DNA of 40,000 nucleotides from Kribbella antibiotica (GTDB lineage Bacteria; Actinomycetota; Actinomycetes; Propionibacteriales; Kribbellaceae): NCBI RefSeq assembly GCF_004349055.1, contig NZ_SMKX01000014.1, positions 42,267 to 82,266 of the forward strand, read 5' to 3'. Shown piece by piece: positions 35,132 to 40,000 of this stretch (position 1 is its first letter; each line of letters starts with the position of its first letter). The notes under the pieces were generated by a model. It saw only the letters and a program-made list of their open reading frames with translations, ran no database searches and was not told where the DNA came from. The position numbers and the translations under genes were made by a program.

Positions 35132-36694
35132 CTATTGACTCGGGCGTTCTTCTTGGAGGGATTCCGCGAGCGCGCGGTAGTCGATCTTGCCGCTGCTGTT
35201 GACCGGGAAATGTGTGGCCCAGACGACTTTGCCGGGAATGGTGTAGCTAGGGCATGATGCGCGAAGAAAGTCTCCAAGATCGTCCGCCCGTTCCGAGTTC
35301 CCGCAGACCACCGCAGCAAGGTTCTGGCCATCTTGGTCATCCGGGATGGCGATGACTGCAGCGTCGAGGACAGCTGGATGTCGTCGGAGCGCTGATTCGA
35401 CTGCGCCGAGCTCGATGCGGTGACCGCGAATCTTTACCTGTCGATCGTTGCGGCCCGCATGAATAAGCGCATGCCCGTCCCAGAGCACTTGGTCTCCGGT
35501 CCGATACCAATCACGTTCATCAACAGACTGCTCGTCGATGACGGTGCCGGTTCGACCGCCGGCGATCCGGACGAACCGGTGGGCATTATCGGTCGGTCGG
35601 AGGTAACCGCTGAATCGCTGTGGACCGCGCACGAGCAATTCGCCTTCGTCAGAAGGCCGACCGGCTGAGTCGCGAATAGTCCAGTCGAGGTGTTGATAGA
35701 TTGCCCCGATGGGGATGGTGCCGTTGCGGGTTACCGGCCAGGCCGCAGGGTCTTCGGGAAGCCGGTACTCTGCGCAACTAATTGTCAGCTCGGTTGGACC
35801 ATAGACGTTATCGATAACACTGTTGGGAGCCGCCAGTCGCCAGGCACAAGCGAGGTCGTGTGACAGCGGCTCCCCGATAAACCGACTCTGCTGCAGCCGA
35901 GGCATGCTTTGTGGTGGAAGGTCTCCTATCCGGCGGGCGTGAGACGCCAGAGAAGGCACCGAATACCAATGGGTAATGTCGCGGGTCGCAACATAGGTTG
36001 CGGGCGCCAGCAGTTCTCGCTTGCGTGGCACGACAAGCGTCGCGCCAGATCCCCATGCACCGAACAGGTCGAACACCGAGGGGTCGAACGTTAGGGCAAA
36101 GGTGTGTGACAGCCGATGTGCCGGTCCTAGCCCAGTGGATGGTACGACGTGTGCGAGATAGGCGCAGACATGCCGGTGGAGAATAGGCACTCCTTTCGGT
36201 GGGCCGGTCGATCCAGAGGTGAACAAGATATATGCCACCGTGGCTGGGTCGCCCAGGTCCTGACTCAGGCCACCTTGGTGGCTTTGCCACTCGTTCGGGG
36301 AGATCAAGTCTGGCCCGACATTGGATAGCCTTGCTCGATGTTCGGCACTCATAACGATCGCCCCAAGATCTGCCAGCTGAGCGATGGTTGAATGAAACTC
36401 CACAGGGTTCTCCGGACTCAGCGGTACCACCGTAAGGCCAGCGCGTGCAATGCCGAGATAGGCAACAAACGTGTCAGTCTCAGGCACTGCAAGCAGACCA
36501 ATCCGGGTTCCTCTTGAAAATCGGTCCGCGAGGTACGCAGCGCATACCGATACCATCCGGTCCAGATCGGCATAGGAAACGCGGTCATGACCGAAGTCGA
36601 TAGCAGTCGCATGAGGATGGGCCGCTGCTGAACGCGCAAACCATCCGTTCAGTGTCGATGGGTAGATGCGCGAATGCGAGTGGTGATGGGGCAC
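35132..36694 (-). CDS. stand-alone adenylation (AMP-binding) enzyme
   Basis: 520 aa. ILFTSGSTGPPKGV (A3), FALTFDPSVFDLF (A4, with the Asp that pairs with an alpha-amino group), NVYGPTE (A5), YRTGD (A7), GRNDRQVKIRGHRIELGAVE (A8), NSSGKIDY (A10). GTG start. Confidence 0.9.
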   Translation of the reverse strand: MPHHHSHSRIYPSTLNGWFARSAAAHPHATAIDFGHDRVSYADLDRMVSVCAAYLADRFSRGTRIGLLAVPETDTFVAYLGIARAGLTVVPLSPENPVEFHSTIAQLADLGAIVMSAEHRARLSNVGPDLISPNEWQSHQGGLSQDLGDPATVAYILFTSGSTGPPKGVPILHRHVCAYLAHVVPSTGLGPAHRLSHTFALTFDPSVFDLFGAWGSGATLVVPRKRELLAPATYVATRDITHWYSVPSLASHARRIGDLPPQSMPRLQQSRFIGEPLSHDLACAWRLAAPNSVIDNVYGPTELTISCAEYRLPEDPAAWPVTRNGTIPIGAIYQHLDWTIRDSAGRPSDEGELLVRGPQRFSGYLRPTDNAHRFVRIAGGRTGTVIDEQSVDERDWYRTGDQVLWDGHALIHAGRNDRQVKIRGHRIELGAVESALRRHPAVLDAAVIAIPDDQDGQNLAAVVCGNSERADDLGDFLRASCPSYTIPGKVVWATHFPVNSSGKIDYRALAESLQEERPSQ

Positions 36695-37923
36695 TATCCG
36701 ACTGCCTCCTTTGGGGCTCGGTTCGTCAGGGCGCGAACGTCAGGCAGGCACAGCCCGCCGATGCGTGTGAGCACGATCAGCGTCGCGGCAACGATGAAGG
36801 TCGTGGTTGTGCCAATGACGGCTGCCAATGCGGCGGCGCTGACATACCCGAGAGGCCGTAGCGCCAGAGAACCAAGCCAGTCGTATGACGAGACGCGCGA
36901 CAAGCTGTCCTTGGGTAGGTGTCCTTGCATGGTGGTCAGCCACAATGCGTCTGGCAGCGTCAGGGCGATCCCTCCGCACACTGCCGCAATCACCAGCAGC
37001 CAGATCGGTGCACCGAAAGCCAGCCCCACCAGCGCAGGCACGGACAGCAGCTCCACGACGCGGGCAACGACCAGCGGCCGCTGGACCGTGAGTCGCAGCG
37101 CAGCGAAGTCGCCTACCACCTGGCCAACACTGAGTCCAGCGATGACGGCTGCCCACCCGAACACACCGTGGTCGCGGCGAAGCAGCAGAACTGGTCCGAG
37201 CACCATGAAGATCGCAGAGGCGAGGTGGGTGAACATGAACGCAGTGATGCTGCTCCACACCCACGCGCGCCGCGTCACTTCGCGAAAGCCATCTCGCAGG
37301 TCCGTCAGAAAACTGGCCTGGACGTCGTCCTGGGTTGCCCGGATCTGTTTCGGCAGTTTAAGGCGCGCAAGCAGTGCGGCGCTGGCCAGGAACGTCACGC
37401 CGTCCGCGACCAGCGCCCAGCCCGCGCCGGCACTGACCACCAGTAAGCCAGCGACCAAAGGCCCGACTCCGCCAGCCGTGCTCCGCGTCAGCGACAGCAT
37501 CGCGTTGGCACGCTGCAGTAGATGCGCCGGAACCGTGAGCGCGGTTAGTCCAAGCGTTGACGGAAAGTAGAAGGCCAGTGCGGTTCCGGCAATGAACTGC
37601 AAGCCCATCGCCAGCCACAGATGAAACGCTCCAGTAAGCAACATGATGCCCAGGCAACCCTGAGTCACGGCGGTCACCAGGTTCGCGCACACCATGACCT
37701 TGTGACGCGGAAGTCGGTCCGCCCACACCCCACCCACCAGCAGAAAGACAACCGTTGGCACGGCCTGTGCGGCGAGCACAAGGCTCAGAGTGCGTGGCGA
37801 GCCGGTCAACTGGAGCAGGCCGAGGGACAGCGCGACAGGACTCAGCGTGCTGCCGGCCATCGACGTGGCCTGGGCCGCGAACTGGTATCGGAACGGCACA
37901 ACACGCCATAGGTCGCCACTCAT
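36694..37923 (-). CDS. MFS transporter (EntS/MFS_3-like exporter)
   Basis: 409 aa, about 12 TM. N-terminal FRYQFAAQATSMAGSTLSPVALSLGLL...VGGVWADRLPRHKVM is typical of NRPS/siderophore-associated MFS exporters. Confidence 0.85.
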   Translation of the reverse strand: MSGDLWRVVPFRYQFAAQATSMAGSTLSPVALSLGLLQLTGSPRTLSLVLAAQAVPTVVFLLVGGVWADRLPRHKVMVCANLVTAVTQGCLGIMLLTGAFHLWLAMGLQFIAGTALAFYFPSTLGLTALTVPAHLLQRANAMLSLTRSTAGGVGPLVAGLLVVSAGAGWALVADGVTFLASAALLARLKLPKQIRATQDDVQASFLTDLRDGFREVTRRAWVWSSITAFMFTHLASAIFMVLGPVLLLRRDHGVFGWAAVIAGLSVGQVVGDFAALRLTVQRPLVVARVVELLSVPALVGLAFGAPIWLLVIAAVCGGIALTLPDALWLTTMQGHLPKDSLSRVSSYDWLGSLALRPLGYVSAAALAAVIGTTTTFIVAATLIVLTRIGGLCLPDVRALTNRAPKEAVG

Positions 37924-38165
37924 TCCGCGGTAGCCGCCGTGTGGCAGGCATCGACGACTCCGCCAAAACTTCCGTCCAGAAAGAGCGACTGCAACGGGAA
38001 CTTGATGCCCAACTGTCGCTCTACCCGCTCCACCAGATTGACGGCCATCAGGGAGTTGCCACCCAGGGCGAAGAAGTCGTCTTCATCGCTCACCCCGAAG
38101 GTGTCGACGACGGCGCACCACTCGGTAGCCACCACTTCTCGGACGGCGGAGTAATCGGCTCTCAT
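37920..38165 (-). CDS. free-standing peptidyl/acyl carrier protein
   Basis: 81 aa. DDFFALGGNSLMAVNLV contains the GGxS phosphopantetheine attachment motif. ATGA overlap with the MFS gene. Confidence 0.85.
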   Translation of the reverse strand: MRADYSAVREVVATEWCAVVDTFGVSDEDDFFALGGNSLMAVNLVERVERQLGIKFPLQSLFLDGSFGGVVDACHTAATAE

Positions 38166-38168
38166 TTC

Positions 38169-39254
38169 TTATCCGTTTCCTTTCGTTCGCCCGACAACCC
38201 AGACTGGTGAGGTCTTCGCGCCGCGCAGCACCTTCGGACGCGTCGACCCCATGCCCAATTGCAGTTCCTGGCATCCGAGCTCATGTGCTAGTCGAAGCGG
38301 GCTGTAGACCAGCGCTTCGACGTAGGCAAGGTGGCGGTGGGGCGAATCCGCCAATCCGATCTCATGCATCTCGAGCACGTCGTCATGGTGACAACCGAAG
38401 CTTGCCGCCAGAAGTCGACCTTGCGTGTCGCGAACGGAGAAGCCGAATCGTGTGCCCACGTCCATTTGGGCCCAAGTGGCCAACCTCATCTCTACCAGCC
38501 GGGGATGGTCCGGAATCTGATGACGATTCTTGACCGCGACTACGAGCGGCGCGGCTTCGGGTATCAACTCCAGAGCAGAGCCGATCTCGCTTCCCAGTTC
38601 TTTCTCTTTGAGTCCCTTGATGTCACGGCGAACGACCGATCTTCGACCGTGACTAAGGCCCGCAAGGTAGGAGTCCCAACCGCGGACCGGAACAGTGGCG
38701 AACTCGTCGACCTTTACAGCTTCGCAGTGACTACCAGAGAAATAGGCGATGTCCTGGTCGCGCACATAGAGTGCCGCCGGGGCCAGCCCCGCCTGGTGCG
38801 CCTTTGCAAAAGCACCATCCACCAGCGCCTGCCCCACCAGTTGCTTTTCAAATGAGTTGAGCGCTGCCGATAACACTGGCCCTGAAACCAAGTCTGTGCC
38901 GCCAATCAACAGATATCCTGCCGGTTTTCCAACATCGTCGGTAAACAGATCAGGGGCAGCACAAGCAGGGTCGAAGATCGTGGCCGGGAAACCATTCATC
39001 AGGCACCGGGACAATGTCACGAACCCCGCTGTACTCCCATCCAGGCGGGCAGCCAGAATCGTGGACTCGAAACGTCGATCCGCAGTTGCCGCACGCACTA
39101 CCTCCGGTGCGAGTGCCACCGAGGACGCATTCCACCCCGGTGTCAGAGCATCTGGAGCGTCAAGGTCCTCGGTCAGTTCTACGTTCGACGGCCATGATGG
39201 GTCTCGCCGCATCATCGGCAAGCAGCCTCTGCCTGAATTTTGCCGTAACGACAA
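38169..39254 (-). CDS. FemAB-like / BioF2-CelD-type GNAT-fold acyl- or aminoacyl-transferase
   Basis: 361 aa. WDSYLAGLSHGRRSVVRRDIKGLKEKELG resembles the (D)YLxxLSxxxRxxxRR segment of FemAB-like (DUF482/Acetyltransf_6) proteins. Assignment is from recollection only. Start uncertain (alternative at 39215). Confidence 0.55.
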   Translation of the reverse strand: MSLRQNSGRGCLPMMRRDPSWPSNVELTEDLDAPDALTPGWNASSVALAPEVVRAATADRRFESTILAARLDGSTAGFVTLSRCLMNGFPATIFDPACAAPDLFTDDVGKPAGYLLIGGTDLVSGPVLSAALNSFEKQLVGQALVDGAFAKAHQAGLAPAALYVRDQDIAYFSGSHCEAVKVDEFATVPVRGWDSYLAGLSHGRRSVVRRDIKGLKEKELGSEIGSALELIPEAAPLVVAVKNRHQIPDHPRLVEMRLATWAQMDVGTRFGFSVRDTQGRLLAASFGCHHDDVLEMHEIGLADSPHRHLAYVEALVYSPLRLAHELGCQELQLGMGSTRPKVLRGAKTSPVWVVGRTKGNG

Positions 39255-39466
39255 TCGTTTCGACGCCTCGGCACTCGTGTTCCCGTCAGAATGTTCCCCA
39301 CGCCCCTGACTTTGCTCGTACGCATCTTTCGTGTCGAGTTTGCATGGTGTTCACGCGGCTCACAAGAGCCGTTGACTGCAACAACGTGCAAAACAGTGGG
39401 ACTGCCCCCGGTTCGGTTGACTCCTGACCTGTGAGGACTTGGGTCCTTGCTGGAAGGATGCCTGTC

Positions 39467-39731
39467 ATGCCGAAAGCTTTTCCTGCCGAGTTCCGACGCG
39501 ACGTGGTCGCGGTCGCCCGCAAGGCGAGGCGTCGATCAAGCAGATCGCGAAGGACTTCGGGATCTCCCAGTCGTGTCTGACCCGTTGGCTGAAACTGCCG
39601 ACATCGAAGACGGCAACCGCCCCGGTGCGACTCGGCAGGAGTCCGACGAGCTGCGGGAGGCGAAGAAGCGAGTCCGGCGACTGGAGCAGGAGAACGAGAT
39701 CCTGCGCCGCGCGGCGGCCTACTTCGCCTGA
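39467..39731 (+). pseudogene. IS3 orfA, broken by two 1-nt frameshifts
   Basis: MPKAFPAEFRRDVVAVARK (frame of 39467) / GEASIKQIAKDFGISQSCLTRWLKL (frame of ORF 39439) / ADIEDGNRPGATRQESDELREAKKRVRRLEQENEILRRAAAYFA* (frame of ORF 39447). Confidence 0.7.
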
Positions 39732-39742
39732 CATCAACCCAA

Positions 39743-40000
39743 ATGACTTATCCGCTGGTCCTTGACCTTGCCGTCGACGGTATCGCTGTCGCGGTGACCT
39801 GCCGAGTGCTCGGCTTCAGCAAGCAAGCCTTCTACAAATGGCGCGCAAGCCCTGTCACACAACGAGACTGGGACGATGCACACCCGATCAACGCCGCGCG
39901 AGAGATCCACGGAGACGAACCCGGGTTCGGGTACCGGTTCATCGCCGACAAACTCTCGGGCAAGGGCATCACCGCGGGCGAGAAGCGGGTCACCCGGTTG
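39743..40000 (+). CDS. IS3 orfB (integrase/transposase), N-terminal part, truncated by window end
   Basis: MTYPLVLDLAVDGIAVAVTCRVLGFSKQAFYKWRASPVTQRDWDDAHPINAAREIHGDEPGFGYRFIADKLSGKGITAGEKRVTRL. Open to the last base. Confidence 0.75.
   Translation, partial: MTYPLVLDLAVDGIAVAVTCRVLGFSKQAFYKWRASPVTQRDWDDAHPINAAREIHGDEPGFGYRFIADKLSGKGITAGEKRVTRL

Larger units (their letters stand above)
39425..40000 (+). mobile_element. IS3-family insertion sequence, left part (continues beyond window)
   Basis: Putative left end TGACCTGTGAGG... at 39425. An orfA-type HTH/leucine-zipper protein is followed by an orfB in the -1 frame (FGYRFIADKLSGKGI...RVTRL). Confidence 0.8.

Noticed and set aside
1-40000. CRISPR arrays, tRNA, rRNA, riboswitch-like leaders
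   Set aside because: I noticed no regularly spaced short direct repeats, no cloverleaf-compatible segments and no rRNA-like conserved stretches. The intergenic regions are short. This was a visual scan only and should be confirmed with tRNAscan-SE, Infernal and a CRISPR finder.

Overview
High-GC (about 70%) actinobacterial chromosomal window. I found no rRNA, tRNA or CRISPR array. It reads as four blocks.

(1) 1-9 kb, ordinary metabolism and stress genes: tandem USP, phosphoketolase, EamA transporter, one broken and one long SDR.

(2) 9-19.4 kb, a stress/redox-style regulatory block:
- three Cys-free ArsR/SmtB paralogues, each next to a copy of a conserved TTGCAaAcTTCTTCAA box, plus a fourth box copy upstream of the 15.8 kb minus-strand operon;
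- an arsR-sulP operon, a narG N-terminal remnant and a second USP;
- a STAS / PPOX-like / MerR-receiver hybrid operon;
- an orphan NuoCD/HycE-like protein that has lost 3 of 4 Ni-Fe cysteines, and a CBS-BON protein.

(3) 19.6-25.0 kb, two translationally coupled giant ORFs (1042 aa, then 752 aa). I could not recognise any catalytic or nucleotide-binding motif in them. They are followed by about 2.4 kb of decayed gene fragments. This is my best candidate for an undescribed system.

(4) 27.4-39.3 kb, minus-strand biosynthetic genes in two parts:
- a native-GC module: phosphohexomutase, GHMP kinase, radical SAM, and a B12-radical-SAM remnant;
- a visibly lower-GC, tightly packed 8-gene operon: FemAB-like transferase, free carrier protein, MFS, adenylation enzyme, ATP-grasp, stand-alone condensation domain, LicC/RmlA-type nucleotidyltransferase, and a divergent IspF-fold protein. 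It is bounded by a degenerate IS3-family element that runs off the window end.

All calls come from reading the translations and DNA by eye. No database search or computation was possible, so family names are recognition-based and the coordinates of alternative starts are hand-derived.
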